Of a stretch of DNA of 64,000 nucleotides, positions 1-12,214 are shown in pieces. Each line of letters starts with the position of its first letter. The stretch's first letter is position 1. The stretch is taken from positions 51,026,001 to 51,090,000 of the forward strand of contig NC_043006.1 in the NCBI RefSeq assembly GCF_006345805.1, written 5' to 3'. The DNA comes from Octopus sinensis. Its lineage: Eukaryota. The translations under genes were made by a program, and so were the position numbers. The notes under the pieces are model-generated. The model did no database searches and was not told where the DNA came from. It saw only the letters and a list, made by a program, of their open reading frames with translations.

Positions 1-79
1 ACCCAAATCTCTAGACCATAAACAAGCTGTCTCTTCTCTTTGCTTTTACTATTGTTATCATCATAGTCTCTGCTCAGCA

Positions 80-530
80 GAGCTGGCTGGTCTAATGACA
101 CCTCCACTTAGGCACTCTCTACACATTTGTCTCTCCTGCCCTCATCACTCAAATTGCATTCACCACACCCAACACACTAACTAGCCAAGGTGCTAGCAGA
201 GCAGCAGAAATAACTCTGCGTGGAAATCGCCCAGGACATGATGGACTGTGCAAACCGAAGACCATCACTGGTGATGAGACATGAATTTATGGTCTCTGCT
301 CGATGCTTTTGGTCATTGATCATCTCGAAGGGAAACGAAAATCCAACAAGCATGCACTACATGTCTGTAATTTGGTGTAACATCAATGAACTGATGTGGC
401 CTACCGGTGCAAAAATTTCCATGCATGCACATGAAGGGTGGTGTCAGTTCCCACCCAAAGAACTCTGCTCACACAGCACTGGTTTTGGTGGGAAAAATAG
501 TCTGATATTTTTTGAATGCACATCATATAC
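80..530 (+). mobile_element. Degenerate mariner transposase fragment
   Basis: Reads VEIAQDMMDCAN...TITGDET*IYG (mariner TGDETW motif, about 264-284) and NSAHTA (DNAxxH-like), broken by frameshifts and stops; no TIR found. Confidence 0.7.
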
Positions 531-897
531 CACACACTGTAAAGTGATAGGGCATCCATCTGTAGAAGCCATGTCTACCAGTCATTGGAACACAATGCAC
601 TCTCTGTACCCATCAGTTCTTGTCAAACTGTTCAACCTATGCCAGTATGGAACATGGACATTAAAAGATGATCACCATTCTTTCCCAATTAATGGGTTTT
701 TTTCTAGGTACACAGATTGGACATATCTACTGAACAGCATGTCACAATTTGTCATCTTTCTCATTTGTAAGGACCAGCATCCTAAAATCAAGCTTTACCA
801 CTTCTCTACCCAAATCTTTGTCAAGTTATATAAATGTACTGAAATCTCATAATAAACATTCTAAATTAATCGAATGGATTAATATACTTTTACCAAC

Positions 898-1000
898 CTG
901 CTTCGGGATTGAGTGCTTTTTCCAGGCGGTTCAAAAGTTCTGCTTTTGAACCTATGGAAGACAAACCACGTTCCTTTAACTCTTTCCGTAATTCTGCAAC
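898..1000 (-). CDS. SARNP: SAP-domain exon (coding exon 2) of a SARNP/CIP29-like gene
   Basis: Acceptor TTTATTTTTTCCTAG, then VAELRKELKERGLSSIGSKAELLNRLEKALNPEA(G), then donor CAG|GTTGGT (alternative donor 4 nt further, |GTAAAA). Classic SAP motif, in frame with exon 3677-3736. Symbol inferred from the N-terminal SAP; hnRNPU/SAFB-type genes are not excluded. Confidence 0.8.
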
Positions 1001-3182
1001 CTAGGAAAAAATAAATGAAAGACCTGAACATAGCTACATAGCAACCCTTTAAGTTTTCTATTATGAATTATCAACTATACACTGAAACCATACAGTATTA
1101 TAATCAACATACAACACATATATCTGAGACTGCTTTCAAGTGAGTTTATAAGGGAGCCAGTATGGGGTCATTTCACTGACTTGAAATAGAGTACAAAATC
1201 TCTTTTAAAAAAAATGGTCAGAGAGAGAGGATATATTGTATAATCTGAGATAAATTATGTCTGAAAAGAAAGGATGGCAACAAATCCATTAATCATACAA
1301 CTCCTTAATCAGAGCTAACCTGAGGCTAAATAACAGTCACATTCAAGAGAGAAGGGCAAAGATCCATTCATCAACACATTACAATCATATTGCTTTTTTT
1401 ATCACTACTACAACAGTTTGCTCACCTGTGATGTAACAAGCTGCTTATCACTTCCACTTAGGCCCCACATAATACATCAGTCTCTGCTAAGCCCCTCCTC
1501 CCAGTCTAAAACCACTACTGTGTTTCAACTCTTAGATCCTGCAATAAACCATTTCCCCTCAAGAACTTAACTTTCATGAATTCCCCTCATTGTCTTTCTT
1601 AGAGATATTGAGCAACAGATTTTTATTGATCTTCCTGGTCTGAGAAAGACTGCAAAAATTACAAGCACAGCCTCTCTCCAGTCACTAAGTTACAGAAGAG
1701 AGTCATTTCTGCAACTATCTTAGGAAGTGCAGTTAATATATGCACCAACATTTATGACTGCATCAAAAAAGTTAGTCAATAAGCTAAAAAAGAACCTACT
1801 ACACAATGCATTTTGTCTAATACAGCTAAAATCACCTCTGCACCTCTTAGCTACCAACATAGCTAAAAATCATAATACACCTGCCTTCCATTCGACTCAT
1901 TCCTATTATATCTCACATTCTGAAAGTATTAACTAAAAACAAATATTAGCATCAGCAAATGAGAAGCTATCACTCATAACAGAGCAATCTAGAGTTTCTT
2001 TATTCATTAAAAGTGAATTACTATGAACAATTCTGTTGAGAATATTGTTGGGTCATTAAGTAGAGAAGTAAACAATGAAGCCATCTGTCAAAACCTATCA
2101 CCTCTGGAATGATCTACCTTCACTGTCAGATCTTTGCTACTAGGACTGGACTTACTAATCAACTATATCTTGTTTATTGGTTATATATTTGTCAAGTTAA
2201 CGCTAACACTATAGTATCAGTAATCTGTTAAAATACACTAAATCCAATTAAAAGCAGGGTAGGTCAAAATGTTATCTGTTAACATACATATTACTTACTT
2301 GACAAGAATAATTTATATTGATAAGGAAGTTTAGGAAATAACCATAACATTAACTGGTTTACAATTTTTAGATCTATGTAGATAACGCAAGAAGGATGAA
2401 AATTAAATAGTTGTTTAGCTCAAGGTAAAACACTGAGCCAACAGACTATGATCAGAAGTATTTCAGCCATGATGATCCTGTCGTTTTTTCCGGTTTATTT
2501 ACCTTGGACTCCATTGCCCGAGGTATTCATTTTTTGTTTATAAGATAAGTTGTAATTTAGAGGAGATTTGCCGATAATTCCAACACATTGATCCACTGCA
2601 TAGAGGGATAATAAATGCTGAAGCTTCCTTGTTGACTCAGAGGCTTGATGTTGCTGTAGTTTAGACTTAGGACAGCTCTGATGGAGACTATGATCAAAAA
2701 TATTCCATCCATGACTTTCCCATCTAACTTTAACTTGTCCGATGTCTTCCTTTTCTTAAAACGGTAGGGTATGATTTAAAGAAATTTAGTTTTTCCCAGC
2801 AAGTCAAGCGACCGCGTAAAGATTACATCATGATTCATGAGGATCCATCGAGAGGTTTGATGAAATTTAGGAGGGGAAGCACCAATAAACATTCTGGGAG
2901 GCAGTAACATCTATTTAACATGTTTCAGGTAGGTTATAGTTTTCCCTCTCACCGCTCAGCATTCTGAATAATATATTATTTTGAAGATTGTTTCCATAGT
3001 AAGAGATGTGCACGTGGTCAAAATCAGCAGCGAATTCAGTTGTTTATTTTTACACAATAACCAACAAAAATAATCAAGTGAATAAAGCGAAAATAATTAA
3101 TTTACACTTGTTTAAGATGAACACTTCATCGTATCTCCTTAATTGCGATTGCATTTATTTAGATTTGGAAATTTAGCCGAAT

Positions 3183-3247
<65 letters not shown>

Positions 3248-3676
3248 GACACACACACACATACACACTCCGACTTGATCGTGATACCAATCGATAATTA
3301 CTATGGTAGTGTATAATTGTGTTTCTCCAAAAAAGTAGATTGCATTTCGTTTCGTTGGCTTTGCATATAAGGCGCGAATCTAAATTATTTTTCCATTCTG
3401 TCCCTTTAAATCATTCATATTTTTATTATGATTCTACAAATCACTTACTTTCAACTTCTAAGGGAAAATTTGATTGTTTCTTTTTCGAAGCGGCTTTTTT
3501 TTTTTGTAATTCTTCCCCCTCAACCACATTACTAAAAGTACACACAGCACACACTGCCGACAACACAAACCAATGACAAAGCAACATCAAAAACTAAATG
3601 CAAGTGCAACAATTGAACTAAAGACAATGACACACCAGACCGGCATCATCAACGTCATGCTAACCGTGTAACGTAC

Positions 3677-3736
3677 CTTCATTTTACCATGCTGAGTACT
3701 GGGAATGTCTTCCACACTTACTTCTAGGTCAGCCAT
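3677..3736 (-). CDS. SARNP: Start-codon exon of the SAP-domain gene (whole exon 3677-3763)
   Basis: Acceptor TTTCAG at 3764-3769, 27 nt UTR, ATG, MADLEVSVEDIPSTQHGKMK, phase-0 donor AAG|GTACGT. Splicing gives ...KMK|VAELRKEL, completing SAP helix 1. Confidence 0.8.
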
Positions 3737-4329
3737 TTCTTTTTGATATAGTTTTTATTGAATCTGAAATTGGAATACCAGATCTGTTTTCTAACATTAA
3801 AGAGCTAACTAAGGCTAAGGAAAACAAAAATTAAATTAGAATATGTCAGAGTCACCTCCCTTGCAAAGTTATTTTATTACGGACGTTCGTTATTCTGTTA
3901 TATTTCAGGCGGTCACTTGACTGAGAAATAGCCAAATTTCTCTCTCTTAAATTACACCTGTGTCTTAAAGAAAGATACGGTGGACAATAGCTAGTACCTA
4001 ATATGCAAAAAGACGTGATGGTCATGACTGGTAAACTTTCAGTCATATGTCTGTTTGGTTAAAAATCCTATATGCCGAGGGACATCGACGTGCTAATAAA
4101 TAACTGCCAAATCGCCCTTGCTGTGAATTTGGTAGGATTGTTAGAGGTGCCAGAAAACACGCTTAACGATGTTAGTTCTTTATTCTCATGACGTGATCAA
4201 CTATTCTTATGTCAATTCATATGGTCGTGTACTATTCAAGGATTTTTTTTTTTTTAGTGAAAACTGAAAATATAGACAAGATTGAAAAGAAATAAAAGCG
4301 AAAAAAAGAATCTAAGCCCGAAACTTAAT

Positions 4330-4546
4330 AGACGGAAACTGAAAAAAGCTCTTCGTATATATGTGTGTGTGTGTCTGTGTTTGTCCCCCTTCCCCAACAC
4401 TGCTTGACAACCGATGGTGGTGTTCGGCAAAAGAGACCGATAGAATAAGTACAAGGCTTACAAAGAATAAGTCCTTGGGTCGATTTGCTCGAGTAAAGGC
4501 GGTGCTCCAGCATGGCCACAGTCAAATGACTGAAACAAGTAAAAGA
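4330..4546 (+). mobile_element. 3' part of abundant SINE family A (tail ...CAGCATGGCCACAGTCAAATGACTGAAACAAGTAAAAGA)
   Basis: Matches the 3' half of fuller copies at 7080 and 25602; a second partial copy lies at about 4805-5050. Confidence 0.8.
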
Positions 4547-4607
<61 letters not shown>

Positions 4608-5068
4608 TTTTAGATGTTTCTGAGAGATTGATGACGAAACCAGCACTGGGAAAATATAAAAGTTCTCTTCAGTATCCCCAGTAACAAAACGAATGTGTAA
4701 ATATATTGACATGTCATTATTAAAGATGTCTCCTTTTATGTGCTGGATAGTTTGGTCTTTTAGTTATTTCGGTAGTATTCTAAAAGGGAAAACATTTCCT
4801 ACAAAATCTGTGTGTGTGTGTGTGTGCGTGCGTGTTAGCTTGTGTGTGTGTGTGCGTGTGCGTGTGTCCCGCGTCACCGCATGACAACTGGTGTTGGTGT
4901 GTTCATGTCACCGTAAGCTAGCGGTTCTGCAAAAGAGACCGATAAAATCCCAAGCTTTAAAACAATGTTCTGGCGTCGATTCGTTCGACTAAAATTCTAC
5001 GCGGTGATGCTGAGCATGGCCGTCATCAAATGACTGAAACAAGTAAAAGATAGAAGATTATATATATA

Positions 5069-6425
5069 TGTTGGGTCATCCCATAAATAATGCGGTTTCT
5101 TTTTTTTTTCCAATTGCATGAGCTAGAAGTCGGAGGGGGAAGGGATAAACTACCTGCATCAACTTGCTATAAGAGCATAAGGGTTATGGTAAATATGTAA
5201 AAGAAGACCATTACCTACAAGATGTACTCAGTGATGAGTAGGAAGGTGACGCGGATGGAGATAGAAAAAAGTAGAAAAAGCTCTGAAGGGTCTTTCGAAG
5301 GAAGTGACATATATAGCGAAAAGAAATGGATGGGGACGGTGGTTGTCCAGTTTAGGACAGTACTTTTTGTATATGGGGATCGGACAATAAGTGTAAGCCA
5401 GTGTTAACGGTGGTTCCAGAAATTCCGAGCCGGAAACTACAGCGTAGAAGGCGAGCCTCGTCCTGAAAGATCTGTAGTGCTTGACGAGGACGTCCTGCAA
5501 ACCCTGGTGGAACAAAATCCCATCGTAACTGTTGAGGAACTAGTAGAGAAGCTTGGATTTGGTCATTCAACCTTTCATCGACACCTGCGTGCCTTCGGAA
5601 AAGTCAGCAAATTGGGTCAATGGGTTCTTCACAAACTTTCCGAGTCTAATCGCGCGCAGAGAGGGAACGTATGCTCTTCTCTGCTGTTACGTCTCACGAA
5701 TGAAACTTTTTAGGACCGAATAGTGATTGGTAACGAGAAATAGGCTCTCTATTAAAATGTCAAGCGCCGAAGAAAGTGGGTAGGGAAAGGAGAAAAACCA
5801 GCACCCCAGGTTTAGTCCACTTTGAACTTTTAAACTCAAGCCAATCGATAACAAAGGAAGTCTGCTGCGAGCAGCTTGAGCAGGTTAAGTCAGTGCTAGA
5901 AGAAAAACCAGCACCCCAGGTTTAGTCCACTTTGAACTTTTAAACTCAAGCCAAGCGATAACAAAGGAAGTCTGCTGCGAGCAGCTTGAGCAGGTTAAGT
6001 CAGTGCTAGAAGAAAAACGACCATCTTTGTTTTCAAGACGAAAGGTGTTCTTCCATCAGGATAATGTTCGGTTACATAAAGCGAGGATGACATTCCAAAG
6101 GCTGGAACAGTTTGAATGCCCCACCCACCATTTTCGCCAGACACTGCCACATCTGATTATCATATATTCCGCAGTCTCCAAACTCATTTGGACAGAAACA
6201 AAATATGAATTTTGTAGACGAGGTCAGAAAAGTACTGGAGGACTATTTTTCGTCACGGACAAGTGAATTTTGGAAGAGAAGCCTTGCAAGTCAACGAGAT
6301 AGATGGAAGAACATTATAGAAAATGTATATATATATATTTATACATATATATATATACATTATAGAAAATGTATATATATATAGAAATGTATATATATAT
6401 ATATACAAATGTATATATATATACA

Positions 6426-6464
<39 letters not shown>

Positions 6465-6586
6465 AAATTACTACGATGATCCGGTTCTTGACTGAAGACT
6501 GAGGGGTTCGAATGTCCTGTCCATGTTTATTGTATCGTCTTCTAAGAGTTATACGTTCTTGTCCATGTTGTATTTTTCTACATACC

Positions 6587-6627
<41 letters not shown>

Positions 6628-7072
6628 CTGTAGTTGTCTGTGTATGGCAGGTTTGGTAACCTTCAACTAACACTATCTCCTCCGAGACCCTGCGGCGCAA
6701 GTTGACCAAAATTGAGAGTATGATAGAAGGCTTGCTCTTCATTTCGTAGAAGAAAAAATTTAAATCGGACCATGTTAACAGCAAAAATTATTTACATCAA
6801 AAAAGTGCTTTTTTTCTATGAAAATTCCTATTTTTTACGATTTTTTTACTGTTGTGTCGCCATTTTTCGGTATATTTCAACCAGAAAAATGTTCACTTAA
6901 AGAGAATAACAAGCTACATAATGCAAAATTTTTACTTTTCAAAAATTCCAATTTTAAAGGGTCGAAAAGAAAACAAGCCCGAGCAACGCTGGGTTATACT
7001 GCAAGTTTTAGATTTAAAAAAAATAACTTTGTTCATCTAAAATAACCACATTATCTATGGGATGACCCAATA
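5069..7072 (+). mobile_element. Mariner element, degenerate, with internal duplication and insertion
   Basis: TIRs TTGGGTCATCCCATAAATAATG (5071) and CATTATCTATGGGATGACCCAA (to 7070) in TA context. Transposase remnants KLGQWVLHKLS, FHQDNVRLH. 110-bp tandem duplication 5791-6010; TA-rich insert after about 6330. Confidence 0.85.
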
Positions 7073-7079
7073 TATATGT

Positions 7080-7455
7080 AGGCGCAGGCGTGTAGTAAGA
7101 AGCTTGCTTTCCAACTACATGGTTCCGGGTTTGGTCCCACTGCGTGGCACCTTGGGCAAGTGCCTTCTACTATAGCGTCGGGCCAACCAAAGCTTTATGA
7201 GTGAATTTGGTGGACAGAAACTGAAAGAAAACCGTCGTGCATATATATGTGGGTGTGTTTGTGTTTGTCCCTTATCACCACCACTTGACAACCGATATTG
7301 GTGTGTTTACGTACTCGTAACTTAGCAGTTCGGTAAGAGATAGATAGATAAATACTAGGCAAAATAATAAGTCCTGGGGTTCATTTGTTCGACTAAAAAC
7401 CTTCAAAGCGGTGCCTCAGCGTGGCCGCAGCCAAATGACTGAAACAAGTAGAAGA
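7080..7455 (+). mobile_element. SINE family A, near full length (tRNA-like head, CORE/Meta-like body)
   Basis: Head GGCGCAGGCGTG..GTAAGAAGCTTGC, body GGCACCTTGGGCAAGTG, shared tail; many copies in window. Confidence 0.85.
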
Positions 7456-7619
7456 TAGAGATATATTTATGAAAGTAATTGCAAATTGGAATAAATGAAA
7501 ATTTTTTTTAGTTTAAATATCCCTTTTCCCTGTTACATAAAAGTTTTCGTCTTATTTTTTTTTATTCATGATTATTGCCACCACATGTCTGAAGCATTGG
7601 CCCTCTCAAAAAAAAAGTC

Positions 7620-8135
7620 TTCCAGCGTGCTCTGCATGTTAGTGGAACATCGCTGAGTCAAGTTGAAAAAGTTTAAGCATCATGGGACTGTATTCGTGAG
7701 TGATGAGAAGCAGGATGTTAAATCAGATGCTCGAATAGCAGGTGCTAGTACAGTGATGGTCCAGCTGTAGCATTCGATCCTCAAAAGAGGAAAATTTGGT
7801 AAAGAAGCCGAACTCGCTCTCTTCAATTCAGTTTTCGCACCTATCTTCATCTATTGTCATAAATGTTGGATAATAACCGAAAGAGTACACTCGTGAACAC
7901 AAGCGGCCTAAGTAGGGTTCCTCCAAAGTATCTCTGATGTAACGTTATTTGACAGGGTGCGTAGCTCGGAGATCAAGGAGTCTCTCTAGGTCAAGCTGTT
8001 ACTTCTCTACAACAGAGATCACAGCTCCGATACAAAACACATGGGATTAGAACTCCTCAGGAAAGAATCTCAAAACGAACTCTTCAAGCCGGGCCAATCA
8101 GCAGGAGTTTTAGGAGGAGACCAAGAACGAAAGTT
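7620..8135 (+). mobile_element. RTE-clade LINE, C-terminal ORF fragment
   Basis: Conceptual translation LHVSGTSLSQVEK...DARIAGAS...LFNSVFAPI...FDRVRSSEIKESL...RRPRT with frameshifts and stops. Confidence 0.75.
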
Positions 8136-8479
8136 AAGGTAAAGGGTATTGGTGCGAATTTTAAAACCTATGGATTTTCATCACCTTTGTGGCAGGTGGG
8201 AAGCACCGAAGCACCCAAAAATGTGGTCGGATAAGGCCTATGTACATATACAGTAGATAGCAAAAAAAACTTTTCATACCGCTATCAATTTCAATAGAAA
8301 ACATTTGCAACGAGAACAACAACAATGATCCCAGCAATATTAAAGAGAACGTTTTTAACAACGAGGACACCAATACTAGCAACAACGTCACCAACAGCAA
8401 CAACAGTGACGGAAACAAAAATAGCAGCAGCAGCAACAAAAAATTAGCAACAATTACAAAGCGGTCGGAACAACTCCAC

Positions 8480-9950
8480 GTGCATGTGGCCTTTTGCTGG
8501 GATGGCGGTGAAGTCAATACAATGTTTCTTGATCTCCCTAAATGACACATCCAAAACAGCTTGTGAAGGTAAGGTGAATGGAAAAAAGAGTAATAGTTGC
8601 CCACCCAGCCGAGGTATTGACCTCAACTGTCAAGAAGACGGTACTGTATCGCTGTGTTTTGGCTAAAACCCTGCACCTAAATGCGGTAACACACACTCAA
8701 GTGAAAAGAGCCCTCAAAGAAATATGGGTAGATACAAATCCTGTGATTAGGGCATGGCAGTTCAGGAGCATATAAAACCTCTTGCACTGAAGAATTCCAT
8801 AGTTCCCACTCGCGATGGGGAACTCGCTGTTTACCCGATAGAATTAGAGAAAGGACCTGTCGCATCGGGAGAGCGAAAGAGAATTAAACTGTGTTGGACA
8901 TCTGGTGGCTGCTGGCCTGTGTTGCTTTGAAGAGTAGTAACACCTTCCTTGACTTAAAACGAACGGGGTGAGAGATTTGGTTTGAAACCACACTGGAAAT
9001 CCATGTCCAGATCAATCCGGGGGATATGGTGAGGATTACAGACGTTATCCACCGACTGGGTGGAGTAGAGCTGTTAGCATGTACGGATGACATCACTGTA
9101 ATAAAGTCGATTACCAAACACATTGAAGTGATCAGCACTACTGTAATGGAATGCGAGGCGATGAGAGGAGAAAAAACTAACCAGGAAAAATCATTGGCCC
9201 TGCAGTTCAGCACTTGGAGAGACAATTTCATACAATCCAACGGTGTCGTGGGACGCTGGACAAACGGGCCGATTAAATTGCTCGGAATTTGGTTAGTTTC
9301 AGACATCCAGTTGAACAAGAACTGAGAGGATATGAAGAGCAGGGTAGCTAATTTTACCTGGAAATGAACTAAGAGGAAACTATCTCTGAAGAGCCGGGCG
9401 GAGATGGAAAATGCTTACATCCCATTCATTATCTAATGCTGACTGGCCGTCGTACCTTGCTTTGTTTCATAGCTAAGCAAAATGGAACATTGATCTTTCG
9501 CTTTCTGTGGAGGGGATGTGTTCCTCTGGTCAGACGGTCTATTTACTGTTAATTTCGACTTAATGGAGGACTGGGCATGCTGTGGTTAATGATGCTCCGA
9601 TATGCACAGAGATTGTGACAACTCAAGCATTTCCTTGACGGTGAACAGGTGTGGTCACCGTTTGCTAGTCACGCTTTTCCACAACTCGTCTCTTTAACGG
9701 AACAGCAGTCCTGACTCAAGCGTAGGCTGAGGTGTCTGGCACTTTGAGTGTCGTCAGATTGTCCTCACCTTCTACCTGTCGGGCAATGCGATCAGTGAAT
9801 GTTCCACCTCACCGTTCCATAAAGGATTAGTGAGGGGGAAAGAGCAACAATGTCCTCGAGAAAACTCTAGACGTCGATGAAAATCAATTGATTGGTCTGT
9901 TCCGAAAGAGTTTCGGTGCCCATAGATAACTTCCAGAAATCCTTAACAGA
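8480..9950 (+). mobile_element. Tx1/L1-clade LINE reverse transcriptase fragment
   Basis: ORF 9026-9325 LACTDDITVI (YADD region)...KTNQEKSLALQFSTWR...GRWTNGPIKLLGIW; flanks degenerate. Confidence 0.75.
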
Positions 9951-9969
9951 GCTATCATACATGTATGTA

Positions 9970-10119
9970 CACTAGCATAGCTAGAGTGTGTGCCGCCCAG
10001 GACGGCACTTCCGTTTGCCGGCCCCGGACCCCATAAAAGATACATATTGCCTACAGCAGACTCAAAAGTGCCGCCCGGGGTGGACCACCCCTACCGCCCA
10101 CCCCCTAGCTACGCTAATG
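9970..10119. mobile_element. hAT-type MITE (150 bp)
   Basis: TIRs CACTAGCATAGCTAG / CTAGCTACGCTAATG; exact 8-bp TSD TGTATGTA at 9962-9969 and 10120-10127. Confidence 0.8.
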
Positions 10120-10566
10120 TGTATGTATGTATGTACATAGGCATTAATACTGGTATTAATACTGCTTCTGCCATTAATAATATTTTTTTAAATATGTCTG
10201 TTGGTTATTTCCGACATCAACACCTGAACGAGCCATGAAATTTCATACATCGATTGCAATGATATTTGGCTGTATACAGCTACTGGACGTCTGTGACTGA
10301 AGAGACTTGTGTATGTCGAAATAACGTCATCTGGCAGTTCTGGCACTCATAGCAGACGATTCTCGTCTGCCAGCGATACAAATATGCGTGCTTTTATGCA
10401 CCATACGTCCATATGAGCTGTCCTCATATGGTGTTCTGCGCTCTATAAATACATCCATGTTAAACTGGATATAAAAATTGCCTTTTGGTACAAATGCTCC
10501 TGCTTCTGTCGCGAATAATTATTTTATATAAATTATATTATATCATATTATATCATATGTGTGTAC

Positions 10567-10632
<66 letters not shown>

Positions 10633-10637
10633 GTGTG

Positions 10638-11687
10638 CAGGGTTTGTCAAAAATTAATTGCAATAATTGCAATAAATTAAGTTATTGCTATGCTCTTTTC
10701 AATTGCAATAATTTATTGCGAAGCTACTATTATTGCAATAGTTTATTGCGAAGATTGCAATTAATTGTATTTAATTGCAATCCAATTCCCTTTGTTCCAG
10801 AAGTCTTTGGTAAAAATACAAAATCAAAAAGCCACTGAGCTGGCTACAGAGGAAAAGGAATCTGCTGTAACCTTAAAGCTGCCCAATACACCAGAACAAG
10901 AAACGGTTTTGGACGATGAATCGGACAACTTCGCCTGCAATGTCCTTAAAAAGCGTCGAAGCGAGATGGGTACTAGCCAACTACGTTATATTAATACAGC
11001 ATTCATTTTGCTAACGACTAGATTGGTTGAAATGTTCTTCAGTGTAGCAGCGAATGCCTTCGATGATACAAGACATCAATTATCACCCGTAAATCGGGGG
11101 ATGCAACTGTTTTTAAGAGTAAATTACCATCGTTGCGATAACGAACTTGTTTCGCGTATCGTTTCATCTAATCCCCTCGTGTGAATTGTTAAATGCATAC
11201 TCATTGTAATTGCGAATAGTATGAAACCGTCCTTTTTCCATTCATACGGTTTTTTTTTCTATCTTGATTGGGGTGGTATTGGCCCTAAGGGGAGCATTAT
11301 AGGTATGTTTTTCCATCCTAGGTCATATCACACATTGGTGGTCGATTTTGTCATTCTGGCAGGCGGTGTAAGAATTTTTAGAAAATTATGGGTGATCCAA
11401 ACATCTTTGGGACAGCAAAGAAATAGATCAACCAAAATTGAGAAAGTAGAGCATTCATTAAAAATGTACTGTTATTTTTGCAAAAAAAAAATGTCATTTT
11501 TGGATGCGTAAAAATTTTACAAGGGGATTTTCTGGAGAGCATTGCAATTTATTGCAATTAATTCCAATTATTTATTGCGACGAAAAAAAAAATTGCAATT
11601 AATTTATTGCAAAAAAATAAAATGCAATAAATTCATTGCAACGAAATATATTGCAAGCCATGCAATGCATTTTTGACAATGCCTCTG
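10638..11687 (+). mobile_element. Non-autonomous hAT element (1050 bp)
   Basis: CAG...CTG termini with imperfect TIRs sharing TTGTCAAAAAT; 8-bp TSD TGTGTGTG; subterminal ATTGCAAT arrays; internal remnant TTRLVEMFFSVAA...LSPVNRGMQLFLRVN resembles the hAT C-terminal dimerisation domain. Confidence 0.8.
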
Positions 11688-11869
11688 TGTGTGTGTTTTG
11701 GCTTGATGGTTTGGTTAGAAAGTTATTTCCAGCAGCACTGTCCTATGTCCTTAGAATATAGATTTAACTTCACTTAGCTATAAACGGAAACCAAAACGAA
11801 CAGCTCACTTTTTGAAGTATCGAACAAGTGTAGTACATAGTTGCTCGTAGGCCCGCTCGTTCAGGGTTG

Positions 11870-11914
11870 ACTGCTTCTTGATACTTTAGCCAAGATCAAA
11901 GTGTAGTATCTTTT
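11870..11914 (+). pseudogene. U2: U2 snRNA 5' fragment (nt 1-45)
   Basis: ACTGCTTCTTGATACTTTAGCCAAGATCAAAGTGTAGTATCTTTT; 20-nt exact run AAGATCAAAGTGTAGTATCT, including the branch-point recognition sequence GTAGTA, against invertebrate U2 as recalled. Confidence 0.7.
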
Positions 11915-12214
11915 CCAGGCTCTGAGTAGGTATGGCTGGTAGTATTATTCACCACTGTAAACAAAGGACTGTACCGTTTGTTGCTTGATGAGTGCTTCAT
12001 TGGCTTACAGTACTGCGTACAATTCTCTCAGCAGATGAATAATTCTGAATTGGCCTCTTCTCTTTACGATAAATCAGTGTTGTGTCCAGGAAGAGATTTA
12101 TTTCCTTTTTACTTCATAATACGAGAAAACCGTTGATAAGCACCATCATTATGAATAATTATGGTTCGGAAATAATTATTGTTTAGTGTCAGCTAAAGCG
12201 CCTCTAAATTGAAA

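Noticed and set aside
220-852. 210-aa ORF
   Set aside because: It is a chimera of a frameshifted mariner remnant and other repeat sequence, lying antisense within the SAP-gene intron.
3856-3920. Possible non-coding first exon of the SAP gene (GAG|GTGACT donor at 3856)
   Set aside because: Plausible, but supported only by a donor-like motif; no transcript evidence.
4185-4195. CRE-like TGACGTGA upstream of the SAP gene
   Set aside because: Imperfect short motif expected by chance; TSS unknown.
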